A stretch of 64,000 nt of DNA, taken from NCBI GenBank assembly GCA_963755715.1, contig CAVWLW010000033.1, positions 96,001-160,000 on the forward strand, in the 5' to 3' direction. Source of the stretch: an uncultured delta proteobacterium. Lineage in GTDB: Bacteria > Desulfobacterota > Binatia > UBA9968. The notes below the pieces were generated by a model that was given only the letters and a program-made list of their open reading frames with translations, was not told the DNA's origin and made no database searches. Below are positions 28,241-40,140 of this stretch, piece by piece; within the stretch, counting starts at the first letter, position 1, and every line of letters starts with the position of its first letter. Made by a program: the position numbers and the translations under genes.

Positions 28241-31200
28241 TCACGCGCCCGGCGTTTGAGTTTTTTCCTGTGCCATCGCTTTGATTTTTTTTAAGTCGAC
28301 TTTTCCAGTGCCAAGTAAGGGAAGCGCATCGATGGCGTAGAGATTTTCCCGTTTGGGAATCCAAAGCTTGGGTAGCTCGGACTGGTTCAGTTTGTTCCAA
28401 AGATCCTCTTTGCTGACGCCGTTCTGAGCGTAGAACGCGATGAGTCTCTCGCCCCGTTGCTCGTCGGGAAGGGCGGTGACGGCGGAGGCGATGCCGCCCA
28501 AGACCTCGTTGATGACCTCTTCGACTTTCATGTGCGGCACCATTTCGCCGCCGATCTTGCTAAAGCGCGAAAGCCGGTCGGTGATGCGAATGAAACCGTC
28601 TTCGTCGATGGCAGCAACATCGCCGGTGATATACCAGCCGTGGCGCATCACTTGTTCCGTGAGGTTGGGCTGGTTTAGATAGCCGAGCATCACGTTCGGG
28701 CCTTTGATGAGCAACAGCCCTTCTTGGCCGGGGCCGAGAGATTGCTCGGTCTCCGGATCGATGATCTTCGCGGCGACGCCGGGGATTGGGTGGCCGACCG
28801 TGCCGGGTTTGTGGCTGATCTGACTTTCTTTGCCGTCGACGACATCCGGCGTATTTACGGCGACCACCGGCGCGAGCTCGGTGCAGCCGTAGCCTTCCAG
28901 GATAGTGGATCCGAATCTTTCTTGATACGCGTTGGCAATTTGCCCGCGCAGCTTTTCCGCGCCGGCGATTAAATATCGCAGCGATGCGAATTGCTCTCTC
29001 GTGCAACGTCTTAAATAGCCGGCGTAAAAAGTCGGCGTGCTGATGAGCAATGTAACTTGATATTTCTGTACGGTTTCACCGATCGTTTTAGCGTCGGTGG
29101 GATTGGGATGATAGACGACGCCGAATCCGGCAAGCAGCGGCAGCCAAAGTGTGCCGGTAAAACCGAAGGAATGAAACAATGGCAATACGCCCATGATGCG
29201 ATCGCTAGCGGTGAACTGGATCACTTGGCCGATGCCTTCGACATTGGCCGCAATGTTGCGGTGCGAGAGCATGACGCCTTTGGGCGCGCCGGTGCTGCCG
29301 CTGGAAAAAATCACGGTGGCGAGATCGTCGGGCTTCTGGGCTTTGACGTAGCGACGGGTCAGCAAAAATGGGGGCAAGAGGAAAGCTTTCATCGTCGCGC
29401 CGATTTTTTTGATCGGCGTAAAAGTTTTGCGAATCTCTTCGAGAAAAACCATGCCCGCCATTTCTTTCACGCCGGCTTTGGCGAGGAAGACCCGGGAAGT
29501 GATGATGGTTTTGATGGCGCACTGCTCAACCGATGCGTCCATCGCTTCGCTGCCGGCGGTAAAATTCAAGTTGACCGGAATTTTTCCGGCGAGGAGAAGT
29601 GCGATGTTGGTCAGCGCCCCGCCGACGGACGCCGGCAGAATCACTCCCACCATCGACTCTGCAACACAATGTTTTCGCGCCCAGTTCGAGAGCAGCAGGC
29701 TGCCGATCAAGCTCTTACCGTAACTCAATTCGGTGCCGGTCGTGTCGGCCATGCAGAAAGAGAACCAGCGCCGTTTCGCCATCCGAATAAAACTGGCGTG
29801 AAGAAGGGCGGCGCTGCTTTCGCGGCGGCCAAGCGCGTTGCTTTCGAGCTCAAGGACGGCATTGCGCACTTCCTGCACGGTTGCATCGGAGCGAAGCGGC
29901 GAGCCAAAAGAGACGGTCACAGGATAGGAAAAATTTTTCGGCTGTTTCCAGAAAAATCGCCCGCTCTTGAAGCTGAAGATGCTGCCCCAAAGCTGATCGA
30001 GGTGAACCGGCACGATGGGAATATTCGTGCCTTCGACGATTTTTTCGAAGCCGCGTTTAAACGGCAGCAAGTGACCGACGCGGCTGATCGCGCCTTCGGC
30101 GAAGATGCAGACGATATGGCCCTTGTCCAGCTCGTTGCGCGCATGTTTGAGCGACTGAACGATATCGCGTCGGTTGGTTGCCGACACCGGGATCGAGTGC
30201 ATGAGGCGGAAAAACCAGTGCAAAGATTTGAGGTCGTAATAATCGCGATGCAACATGAAGCGCACGAAACGAGCCGTTGCGCCGCCGATCATGAGGGCGT
30301 CGACGAAGGAAACGTGATTCGACACGAGCAACGCGGGACCCCGCGCCGGCAGATTCTCGGCGCCGATGACCGTGATTCGATAAATCGTGTGCGTGACCAG
30401 CCAAAGAATGAACCGGACAAAATAGTCGGGGAGCAGGTAAAGAATCACCGCCGTGCCGGCCAAAGTGACCAGCCCAGTCAGCAAAATGATCGAATCCGGT
30501 GAAAAGTGCAGCGGCGTCTTCAAAATCCAGTGAATTGCCGCGGCGAGAAAGATGCCGATCGTGTTCATGAAATTGTTGGTCGCGATCAGTTGGCCTTTTT
30601 CCTCCTTGCCGCTGCGCTGCTGGAGTAATGCGTTCAGCGGCACGGCGAACAGGCCGGCGGAAAATCCAAGCAGGACCAGCGACATGCCCGTGAGAAGATA
30701 GGACGGCGCGGAGAGCGCGACCAAACCCAGACCAACGCCCATCGCAACGGAGCCCAGGGGCACCAAGCCGAGTTCGATATGGTCGCCCGAAAGGCGGCCC
30801 GCAGCGAGGCTTCCCGCGCCAATGCCGACCGCCAAAAACGTCCCAAGCAGCCCGATGTGAAACTCGTCCAGTTGCAAAAGTTCTTTGCCAAAAAAAGTAG
30901 ATTGATCTGCACGAGCGCGCCGAGAAACCAAAAAAAGGAAATCCCGATCACCGTCAGCCAAAGCGGGCGCTCGGCGCGTAAACGACGCAGGCCGTCGACG
31001 ACCTCACCGAAAGGATTGAGTCGTATCAGCTTGGCGGCGCCGGATGCGGGAACTCGAGTGATGCGCAAACTTGTCAGGCTGCCCACGACGGCGACGGCGA
31101 TCATCATGATCCCGATTACCGGTAAGTTGTGTTTCCACAGCGCAAAGATCGCGCCGCCCACGGAGGTGCCGAGAATGATCGCCATAAAGGTGCTCATCTC

Positions 31201-31641
31201 GAGCAGGCCATTGCCGCGGGACAACTCTTTTTCAGGAAGCATCTCCGGCAAAATGCCGTACTTGGCCGGACTAAAGAAGGTGGCATGGAGTCCCATGAGA
31301 AAGACGCCGGCAAGCATGGCCTGAATATGGCCGGTGAAAAATGCTCCCAGGGCCAAAACCATGATAATGATCTCGAACATTTTGACCGCCACTAAGATGG
31401 TGCGTTTGCTGTACACGTCGGCCAGATGACCCGCATAACCGGAAAAAAGCGCCGATGGCAAAATGAACAGAAAAGCGATCAGCTCGACGTAGTTATCGGC
31501 GCCGTTTGTGGCCAAATCCAGGGCGATAAACGACACCACGATTTTTAAAAAATTGTCGTTGAACGCGCCGAGGAATTGCGTGCAGAAAAAAGCAAAAAAC
31601 CCCGGCTGCCTGAGCGTATCGCTATACTTACCGTTAGCCAT
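28241..31641 (-). CDS. aas: Aas-type fusion: LplT-like MFS, acyltransferase and acyl-ACP synthetase (one frameshift at an A7 run near 30895)
   Basis: TQFLGAFNDN and FSPAKYGILPE (MFS); NHVSFVD and FAEG (PlsC-like); FSSGSTGAPKG, EGYGCTE, YITGD, DRLSRFSKIGGEMV, GKVD (adenylation). Confidence 0.9.
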
Positions 31642-31785
31642 ATCGACCCAGCTTACTAGCGTCCAATTTCTTCGGCAAGTTCAAAGCTCATCAGAAATTT
31701 GTGCTCCCTTCACTGCGAGCGGCCGTCCTCGCACAGCCGACGGATTCGAAAGTAATTTTACTAGACAGGCTCGCCCCGGCAAATC

Positions 31786-32613
31786 ATGGATTCGCCCAAA
31801 CTGTTGCAGCGATTCAAGGAACCGCCCATAATCGATTACATGGAAATGGTTCAATTAAAAGTTCCTCAGTGGGAGAAGCACGTCGGTTTGTTGCATGGCT
31901 TCATGGGCCGGCAAGGCGGTAAAAGTGTCGGGCCTTATTCCGGGCTGAATGTTTCTTACCGAGTCGGCGACGATGCCAAGGTCGTCAGCCAAAATGTTTG
32001 CGACATGAAGCTGGCCGTCGGGATTCACGATGGCCGTATCGTAACCATGCGCCAGGTGCACGGCGATCACATCGTCGAAGTCACGGATAAAAAACTCAAA
32101 GAAGCAGGCGAAGCGGATGGCATGATCACCGGCGAATCGGATATTTATCTCGGCGTGTTAACCGCCGACTGCGTGCCGATCCTCTTCGTTGCACCGAAAC
32201 AACGACTCATCGCCGCCGTGCACGCGGGGTGGCGCGGCACGTTGGCGGGAATTGCTGACAAGACGGTGCGTTTATTCAAGAGCCAATACGACGTCGAAGC
32301 GCATGATTTGGAAGTCGCGTTTGGCCCATCCATCGGTCCCTGTTGTTATGAGGTGAAGGAGGATGTGACGGTGCCGCTGATGAAAACTTGGGGGCGCTTG
32401 ACGACCCCGAGCATCCACGTCAAAGAAGGAAAATCGTTTATCAATCTGCGCCGGCTCAATCGCGATATCGTGCGCGCATCCGGCGTCCCCGGAAAGCAGC
32501 TCTTTAACGTCGGTCCTTGCACCGCTTGCGCCATGGACCAATTCTTTTCCTACCGGCGCGAGGGCGGAGAGACCGGCCGGCAAATAAGTTTCATCGGTTG
32601 GTTGCCCTCCTAG
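31786..32613 (+). CDS. pgeF: YfiH/PgeF family purine nucleoside phosphorylase / peptidoglycan editing factor
   Basis: QVHG, ADG, TADCVP, VHAGWRG, GPSIGPCCYEV, FFSYRR..TGRQ. The true start may be near 31840. Confidence 0.9.
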   Translation: MDSPKLLQRFKEPPIIDYMEMVQLKVPQWEKHVGLLHGFMGRQGGKSVGPYSGLNVSYRVGDDAKVVSQNVCDMKLAVGIHDGRIVTMRQVHGDHIVEVTDKKLKEAGEADGMITGESDIYLGVLTADCVPILFVAPKQRLIAAVHAGWRGTLAGIADKTVRLFKSQYDVEAHDLEVAFGPSIGPCCYEVKEDVTVPLMKTWGRLTTPSIHVKEGKSFINLRRLNRDIVRASGVPGKQLFNVGPCTACAMDQFFSYRREGGETGRQISFIGWLPS

Positions 32614-32901
32614 CCTTTTGCGGTGATTAGCCCCTTTGAGGCCAATCCTGGATAAGATTTCGGCCGCTCGAGTGACCGATTTTGCCCTAGTGGATGGCCT
32701 TCATGTGCGGACAGATGGTCCCGGGCATCAAACCGACACTATTACTCGCAATAGTTCGGTCGATCATTTAACATACGGCTTGCATTGCCGAGAGTAGAGT
32801 AATGGCAAGGATAACCCACCCCAACTACGGATGACCGGTCCACTTTTTGGCGCCGTGGCGCCGGGTTTACGCCTATAGGCATCCAAGGTCGTCTTAATCC
32901 C

Positions 32902-34347
32902 ATGGCCATGTCCGCACAAAAAATCCCCGCGGAGGAACAGCAGTGGCTGACTGATTCCTTCGTTGATCCCAATGGCCGGGTGTTCGAATGGCGCGGCGAG
33001 ATCTATCGAGTGATCGAGCCGGCCTATGCCGCGCGCTGGCAAGAATTGGCGAAGGACGGCACGATATCCACGCTTATCCGCGATGGTTTGTTGATCGAAA
33101 GCGAGCTAACGAGTCTTACGACCGAATCAAATCAGGCGGTTCTGCGTCATCGCCGGGTGCCGGTCGTCTCGTATTGCTATGAATGGGTGGCGCCGATGCT
33201 TAAAGCAGCGGCGCTCGTTACCGTGGAACTTTGCATTCGGCTCGCCGAAAAGGGGCTAACGCTGCAAGACGGTCATCCGTGGAATATTCTATTCGACGAT
33301 ACGAAGCCGGTTTATATCGACGCTGGTTCAATCGTTCCGGCCCGGGACGATATACTGTGGGCGCCATACCAGCAGTTCTGTAATTTTTTTCTCTTTCCGC
33401 TTTATCTTTATGCCGCCGACCGCGACCGGATAGCGCGTTGGTTGCTGCGCGATTACCTTTCCGGCGTGACCGATGAAGATTTGTTGGCGGCGCTGCCGCT
33501 GTCATTCAAATTACGCCATCCGCGGCGGACGCTCGGTGTCGCGGTGCCCAAATGGGCCGGCAAATTATTGGAACTCCTGCCCGACGATTTGCAGCAGCGG
33601 TTTTTTTCCATTTCTAAGACTGTCAATAGCGGGCCGACAAATCTAAACCTGAAAATCAAATTTCTGGAGTCGTTAAGGCGAGACATCGAGAGTTTGCGAC
33701 TCTCCGACGGCAACAGCCATTGGGCGCGTTACTACGGGACTACCGACAAGAGCTACTTTCAAACCGAGTTGTCGCCGGGCGACTGGCAGAAAAAGCAACA
33801 TATCGTGAGTGAGATTTTGGCCAGTGTTCGCGCGAAAAGCGTGCTCGACGTCGGCGCTAATACGGGGCACTACGCCAAACTTGCGGCGGACAGTGGTGCG
33901 CGGGTTACCGCCTGTGAACTCGACGTAGCGGCATTGACTGTTTGTTACGAGCAGGCGCGCGAAGAGAAAAATTGAACATCCTGCCGTTGGCGGTCAATGT
34001 GTTTAGCGACTCGCCGACCCCGGGTCGTGGCGGAGTGGCCTCGCCGCCGCCTGTCCGAGCGGCTGCGCAGCGACCTCGTCATGGGCTTGGCCCTCATTCA
34101 TCACGTCGTTGCAATGCAACGCATGAACATCCGCAGAGTGAGCGAGATCTTGGCCGCCTTGAGCTCTCGTTGGCTGCTCTTAGAATTCGCCGCACCGTTA
34201 AAGCCGAAGATCGGCGCGAGTCCCGTGCCGGGCTTGGACGATTACACAGTCGACGATCTCGAAAGCTGCTTGAAACAGCATTTCAAGGCTATCCGTCGAT
34301 TCTCTTCATATCCCGACGAGCGCAAACTATTTCTATGCGAAAAATGA
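32902..34347 (+). CDS. NoeA-like protein: kinase-like N-domain plus class I SAM methyltransferase (frameshifts near 33970 and 34050)
   Basis: SFVDPNG.VF, SYCYEW, LQDGHPWNILF, IDAGS, W.PYQQFC..FL.PL, VLDVGANTG, LALIHH. Confidence 0.75.
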
Positions 34348-36241
34348 CGCGCCTCTTCGAGATCTACGGCAAGATCGCGAGGCCTTGGCTCACGCTGGTC
34401 GTTTACCTCTGGATACTCGAGCTGCTGGCCACCTTCTCCGACTCGCGATCCGGAGCCGCTGTTCGATCGAATCGCCGACTGTAGCGCGATCTTGGCGACC
34501 TTGGCTTTCTGGATATGCGCCGCGGTCTTGTTGCCCTCGCTTATCGCTCTATTCGACAATCGCCGGACGATTTTCACCCTTAGCGCGTTCGCGCTCAAAG
34601 TCGCGACGATTCTGGTCACTGCTTTCTATTTCGTTCGCTGGATCTTTAATTGGGCGGCTTTATTCGGCGCTACGAACGCCGTTACATACCTGCTGCTCGG
34701 CGTCGGCCTGTTACTGGCGGTATGGAGTGGGTTCAGGCTCAAGAATCGCGTCCAATCGACGGCTGCTCAAGTCACATTAGAACGACGGCTGGTGCTATTT
34801 TGCGCGGCCCAGTTTTGCTAGCGGCGATACTCATTCTCGATGATAAAGGTCGGCAACAACTTTTGGTGGGAGTAAGACACTCGCCGGTCATTTGCTCATC
34901 CTTCCGCGCGCCGGCCCAATGTCGTCCTTCTCACGGCAGACGCATTACGCGCGCAAAACATGTCGTTATACGGTTATCATCGGAAGACCACGCCTTTCCT
35001 CGATCGCTTCGCCAGCGAGAGCAACGTTTATACTCAAATGCACGCTAACAGTACGTCGACGCGACCAAGCCTGACTACCATTCTCACTGGAAAAGATCCA
35101 TTTTCCCATGGCCGTTTGACAAAATTTCTGCCGGTTTACGACAGCCCGGAAAATCTGGTCGCGCTGTTGCGCGACCAGGGTTATACCACGGCGGCGATCA
35201 GCAGTAATGCGGATGCCACATTTTACTATCTTGGCTTGATTAAGTATCTTGTCCATGGCGAATATCCAAATTTTCGCCGGTTGACTCTGTCATTTTTGCG
35301 CGACAATGGCGTTTATCCGACCAACTCGGGAACCAGGATGTACGATGAATTCGCGCGCTGGTTTTTCCCTTGGGTTATCCGGAAAAGACGCTTGGTTATG
35401 GGCCTGCAAGCGACACGCTTCAGCTTGCGACTCAAATATTGACGAAGTTGCCGGAACCGTTTTTCTTGTTCGTGCATCTGCACGAACCGCATGACCCTTA
35501 TGAGACACCGCCGCCGTTCAAGGACAAGTACACAAGGCTCGGCAATCGTGAAGCTCGCGCGAAGCTGTCGGCGTTTTACTACCAGCGATATCAGCCGGAC
35601 TTGCAGCCGTTCGTCGACGCCGAGCGCGATCATTACGATGAGGCGATCGAATATTTAGATGCTGAGCTTGGAAAATTTGTGAACGCGTTGCGGCGAGACC
35701 CGAAAGAGTCAAAATACTCTGTTGGTATTGACCGCGGACCATGGCGAGTCCTTCGAGCGCGGCTTTCTAAATCACGGTGAGGATTTGTACGAAAGCTCCA
35801 TCCATGTGCCTTTAGTGATCAAATTTCCGGGTCAGCGAAAAGGCGAAAGATTATTTTTTCCGGTTCAGTCGATCGATATCGCGCCGACAATCGTGGAGAC
35901 GGCCGGTATCGCCGTGCCAACGTGGATGGACGGCGTCTCTCTCGATCAAACCTGAAGGGCTCGATGATAGGGAGAAAGTTTCGGTCAATTACAAAGACCC
36001 CGTGCAGCGAAAAATTTATGACCAGCCAACCAAGGCGGCGATCCGTTGGCGACAGTTCAAGATGATCGTGAGCTGCGATGTTGGACGAGCGGAGCTGTAC
36101 GATCTCGATCAGGACTCGGGCGAGCGCAATGATTTGTTCCAGTCGTCGCCGGCGCTGGTAGGAGAATTATGGGAAAAACTCCAGCGTCATCTCGCGAAGA
36201 GCGCGGCAAAAATGCCCTGTTTGTTTCATCCGAATGGTTAG
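34344..36241 (+). CDS. Membrane-anchored sulfatase-like/alkaline-phosphatase-superfamily protein (multiple frameshifts)
   Basis: TM N-terminus, then PNVVLLTADALRA, TTPFLD, STRPSLTTILTG, PFFLFVHLHEPHDPY, YDEAI, TADHGE, HVPL, DIAPT, ELYDL..D spread over several frames. ATGA overlap with the upstream gene. Confidence 0.7.
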
Positions 36242-36292
36242 GCTGGATAGTGTGAAAACGTGATGCTCAGAAATTGAACCACTGCCTTGGGT

Positions 36293-36526
36293 ATGATGAA
36301 AACAATTGCCGCATTGGTGTTTTTTTGTGTGTTCCAGCTAATCGTAGTTGGGCCCGCCGCGGCTTATATCGATCCGGGGACGACCGGATTGGTATCGCAA
36401 GTCTTGTACGTTCTGTTCTATGGCGCGTTGGCAGCCTGCCTCTATTTTTTTCGTTCTCTTATTTCGTTCGTGACCGGCGTCAAGGAGTTTTTAGCTAAAT
36501 TTTTCGGTCGTTGGCTCCGGCGCTAA
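36293..36526 (+). CDS. Small membrane protein with an AYIDPGT motif
   Basis: Signal-like N-terminus ending PAAA|YIDPGTT, then one TM helix and a basic amphipathic tail. Confidence 0.65.
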   Translation: MMKTIAALVFFCVFQLIVVGPAAAYIDPGTTGLVSQVLYVLFYGALAACLYFFRSLISFVTGVKEFLAKFFGRWLRR

Positions 36527-36748
36527 TATATTGCAGGCGTATTCCCGGATGCTTGATTGGGTCCCACGGTGTCTAGAGCGCAGGCAACTTAGCGGTTCCA
36601 AGTCTTTTTTTATTTTTCCGGTTGTATTAAGCAGTAGAAAATTCAGGCAAAGGTGGACTTCGACGCGGTGCTGCGCAGGAGAAGTCGTCCTGGCTGCAGC
36701 GCCGATCGGGAGTCGAAGAACATTTACAGCTTAGCAGGAGCGCGAATT

Positions 36749-37711
36749 ATGAAATTCACTCGGCGAAACTTTCTCACTAAAGTCACCGTGGGTGTTGCCG
36801 GCGTATCACTCATGCGCGATCTCGGTTGGGCGCAGACGAAGGGCAAACTCGGTTACATGAAGATCGTCGACAACGCCGCAATGTTCATGGCTATGGAAAA
36901 AGGCTTCTTCAAAGCCGAAGGACTCGAGATCGAGACCGTGCCGATGGCAGGTGGCGCGGTGATCGTGCAAGGCGTGACTTCCGGCGATCTGCAATTTGGC
37001 TGGACGAATGTGATTTCACTCTATCAAGCCGTCGTCGAGGGTTTCGACTTTAAGTTGATCGCCGGCGGCGCGACCAATGTCAGGGGAACCAACGAGACCC
37101 ACGCCATCGAAGTCCTGAAAGACTCTCCGCTTAAAAGCGCGAAGGACCTTGAAGGTAAGACCGTTGCGGTCAACACGCTCAACAACATCGTTCACTTGAT
37201 GGCAATGGCTTGGGTCGACAAGAACGGCGGCACATCGAGCAAAATCAAATTTGTCGAGATTCCGTTCCCGCAAATGGAACCCGCTCTGGTTGCCGGCAAA
37301 GTAGACGCGATCAGCGTGCAAGAACCCTTTGCCGCAGCCGCGGCGCGCAAGCCGGAGGTCCGCGTCTTGTCGAATCCATGGGGCGATGTCGTGCCAAAAT
37401 TTTTGATCGCGAGCTGGTTCGCGTCCGACAAATGGATTCAAAAAAATAAGCCAACGGGTCAAGCCTTCGTGCGCGCTATCAATCGCGGCATCGATGCCAT
37501 CCACGCGGACAAAGAAGGCGGGAGGAGCGCGATGATCAAGTGGTCGGGGTTGAATCCGGACATGGTCGGCAAGATCGGCCTGCCCCTCTTCGAAAAAGCC
37601 GTGTCGGAAAAGGATGTCCAGGTCACCATCGATTTGACTTTAAAATACAAATTGATTTCCCAAGCGATCAAAGCGCGGGAAGTGATCAGCGACATCGCGC
37701 CGAAGGCTTAG
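36749..37711 (+). CDS. NitT/TauT (SsuA/NMT1-like) ABC transporter substrate-binding protein, Tat-exported
   Basis: TRRNFL twin-arginine signal; [10 protein letters not shown]; [10 protein letters not shown]; G.VDA...EPF. Confidence 0.9.
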   Translation: MKFTRRNFLTKVTVGVAGVSLMRDLGWAQTKGKLGYMKIVDNAAMFMAMEKGFFKAEGLEIETVPMAGGAVIVQGVTSGDLQFGWTNVISLYQAVVEGFDFKLIAGGATNVRGTNETHAIEVLKDSPLKSAKDLEGKTVAVNTLNNIVHLMAMAWVDKNGGTSSKIKFVEIPFPQMEPALVAGKVDAISVQEPFAAAAARKPEVRVLSNPWGDVVPKFLIASWFASDKWIQKNKPTGQAFVRAINRGIDAIHADKEGGRSAMIKWSGLNPDMVGKIGLPLFEKAVSEKDVQVTIDLTLKYKLISQAIKAREVISDIAPKA

Positions 37712-37718
37712 GAAAAAG

Positions 37719-37763
37719 TTGGAGTAGAGTAAGAGCCCAATACTCCAATTATTCCATTCTCCC
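37719..37763. repeat. Short TACTCCAA-type octamer array with partial inverted copy
   Basis: ttggagta ... tactccaa ttattcca ttctccc. Confidence 0.5.
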
Positions 37764-38529
37764 GTGGCCATCCTCGAAGTCCAAGGTCTGTCGAAGAGCT
37801 ATCGTCAAGCTAGCGGCGAAACCACAGTCGCCATCGACAACATCACTTGCCAGGTTGAAGCGGGAGGATTCGTTTCGTTCGTCGGGCCGTCGGGCTGCGG
37901 CAAGACGACGCTGCTCATGTCGATCGCTGGCCTTTTGGCGCCGACGTCGGGGCGAGTCATTGTCAACGGCAATTCGGTCGCCGGGCCGCCGGCGAATTTG
38001 GTCCTGCTGTTTCAAGAATATAACAAATCGCTCTTCGCCTGGCGTTCGGTTCTCGGCAACGTTCGTTTCGGCCTGGAAGCGCGGCGAGATCAGCTCGGCG
38101 GATGCCGGAGAAAAGGCCAAAACGCTGATCGAGCTCGTCGGCCTCAAGGGGTTCGAAAACCATTATCCTTGGGAGCTTTCCGGCGGCATGCAGCAGCGCG
38201 TCGCCATCGCCCGGGCACTCGCGTACGAACCGGAAGTCTTATTGATGGATGAGCCATTCGGCTCGCTCGACGCGCTGACTCGTTTGGAGCTCGAAGATGT
38301 CTTGCTGCGGATTTGGGCGGAGCTCAAGACGACGATCCTTTTTATCACCCACGATATCGAAGAAGCGATCTATCTATCCGACCGCATCTGGGTATTGAGC
38401 CGCCGCCCGTCGCAGATCATCGACGAAATCGAAATCACTTTTACGCGGCCGCGCAACCAGGTGACGACTCGCGCGGAAGGGCGATTCATGGAAATCAGAA
38501 ATGCCATCTACGATCAGATCCGCAATTGA
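37764..38529 (+). CDS. NitT/TauT ABC transporter ATP-binding protein (frameshift near 38085)
   Basis: GPSGCGKT in the first fragment; [15 protein letters not shown] and ITHD in the second. Confidence 0.9.
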
Positions 38530-39308
38530 TGGGTGCCGCGAAAAAATTCAACTGGCTTGGTTGGTCCGCCTTCGCTCTTTTGTTGTGCCTCTGGGAGCTC
38601 GGCTCGCGCGCGGCGCCCAAGCTGCAGCTTTATGTGCCGCCGATCAGCCAAGTGATGGTGGCGCTCGGGCAGTTGGCGTTGGCCGGTCCGATCGTAAAGC
38701 ACTTGATGATTACGCTCGGTCGATTCTTGGAAGGATATCTGCTCTCCGCCGCGATCGGCGTTTCGCTGGGAATCGTTCTCGGCTATTTTCGCATCGTCCA
38801 CAGTTTTCTAGAAATGTCGATCGAATTTCTCCGGCCGATGCCATCGGTGGCGATCATTCCCGTCGCCATTTTGGCGCTCGGCATCGGCGACTCGATGATT
38901 GTTGCAGTCACGGTTTATGCCACCGTCTGGCCAATCCTGATCAATACCCTCGACGGCGTCCGGCGCATCGAAAAGATCTTGCTCGACACCGGCCGCACGT
39001 TCAGTCTCGTGCGTCGGCAAATACTGTGGCAAATCATTTTGCCGGCCGCCTCGCCTTACATCGTTACTGGGTTACGTCTCGGTGTGTCCATCGCGCTTAT
39101 CTTGGTCACGACCGCCGAGATGATCGCCGGCAGCAAGGGCTTGGGCTTTTTTATCCTCGACGAAGAACGCTCCATGAACAGCGCGGCCATGTACGGCGGT
39201 ATTCTCCTGGTCGCAGCTCTTGGCTATACGCTCAATCGGCTGTTTCTCGTCGTCGAAGCGAGGACGATGCGCTGGCACCGCGGCGTGACCGCGCGGGAAT
39301 CGGCCTAA
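38529..39308 (+). CDS. NitT/TauT ABC transporter permease
   Basis: LRPMPSVA, WPILINT.DGV, ILPAASP.I.TGLR, AEMI...GLG; translationally coupled to the ATPase. Confidence 0.92.
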   Translation: MGAAKKFNWLGWSAFALLLCLWELGSRAAPKLQLYVPPISQVMVALGQLALAGPIVKHLMITLGRFLEGYLLSAAIGVSLGIVLGYFRIVHSFLEMSIEFLRPMPSVAIIPVAILALGIGDSMIVAVTVYATVWPILINTLDGVRRIEKILLDTGRTFSLVRRQILWQIILPAASPYIVTGLRLGVSIALILVTTAEMIAGSKGLGFFILDEERSMNSAAMYGGILLVAALGYTLNRLFLVVEARTMRWHRGVTARESA

Positions 39309-39309
39309 G

Positions 39310-40083
39310 ATGCAGCCAAGGCGACTGAACGGAGTTTTGTTTTTATGCGCGTTATTGGTCGCGTGGGAGATCGTGGCGCAGGCGCAATGGATCAATCCGC
39401 TGATCGTGCCGCCGCTCAGCAGGATCTTGCGCATTTTCTGGGAGCAGGTTTCCTCGGGTCAAATCCCTGCGCAGATACTCGTCAGCATGAAGCGCGCGGC
39501 GGCGGGTTACTTCCTCGCCGCCGCGGTGTTTATTCCGCTGGGTATTTTTATGGGCCTGTCGCAGCGAATCTACAGTCTCTTCGAAGTCATCGTCGAGATG
39601 CTGCGGCCGGTGCCGCCGCCCGTGCTGATTCCGTTGGCGATGCTGTTTTTCGGTCTCGAAGACAAGATGAAAATCTTTGTAATCTTTTTTTCCTGCGCCT
39701 GGCCGATCCTGCTCAATACGCTCGACGGCGTGCGCAGCATCGACCCGGTGCTGGCGAACACCGGCCGGACGTTCGGCTTGTCGCGCCTGAAAACCCTATG
39801 GCAAATCGTTCTTCCCGCCGCCTCGCCGCAGGTGATGACCGGCATGCGCGTGAGCTTGCCGATCACGCTGATCCTCGTCGTGATTTCCGAAATGGTCGGC
39901 AGCACGGACGGCATTGGCTACTTTATTCTCGACGCGCAGCGAAGGTTTAAAGTCGCGCAGATGTACGCCGGCATGTTTTCCTTGGCACTGCTCGGCTACC
40001 TGCTGAATCAGCTTTTCGATCTAGTGTATCGACGGCTGCTCGCCTGGCACTGGGGGATGATGCGAGGAAAGGATGAAGGATAA
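39310..40083 (+). CDS. NitT/TauT ABC transporter permease (second subunit)
   Basis: LRPVPP, WPILLNT.DGV, LPAASPQVMTGMR, SEM...GIG. Confidence 0.92.
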   Translation: MQPRRLNGVLFLCALLVAWEIVAQAQWINPLIVPPLSRILRIFWEQVSSGQIPAQILVSMKRAAAGYFLAAAVFIPLGIFMGLSQRIYSLFEVIVEMLRPVPPPVLIPLAMLFFGLEDKMKIFVIFFSCAWPILLNTLDGVRSIDPVLANTGRTFGLSRLKTLWQIVLPAASPQVMTGMRVSLPITLILVVISEMVGSTDGIGYFILDAQRRFKVAQMYAGMFSLALLGYLLNQLFDLVYRRLLAWHWGMMRGKDEG

Positions 40084-40140
40084 AGGCAAAGGATAAAGGA
40101 TAAAGGTTTTATCCCTTATCCTTCCGCCTTTTGCCTTTCA
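40068..40140. repeat. Inverted array of 7-nt AAGGATA-type units between convergent genes
   Basis: aaggatg aaggata aaggcaa aggata aaggata aagg / ttatccc ttatcct tccgcct tttgcct. The left arm supplies the permease's last codons and stop. Confidence 0.8.

Noticed and set aside
28197-28400. 68-aa N-terminal extension of the diiron/enolase fusion
   Set aside because: It overlaps the 3' end of aas. ATG 28196 is the more plausible start. Similar over-extended starts were trimmed for 241, 24209, 36653, 38313, 41053 and 54071.
29057-30502. Long antisense or alternate-frame ORFs (also 60410-61600, 12747-13703, 38501-39328)
   Set aside because: They shadow well-supported genes and have no motifs, as expected in GC-rich DNA.
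30885-30900. Programmed frameshift or phase variation at the A7 run in aas
   Set aside because: It cannot be told apart from homopolymer sequencing error, given how many other genes carry indels.
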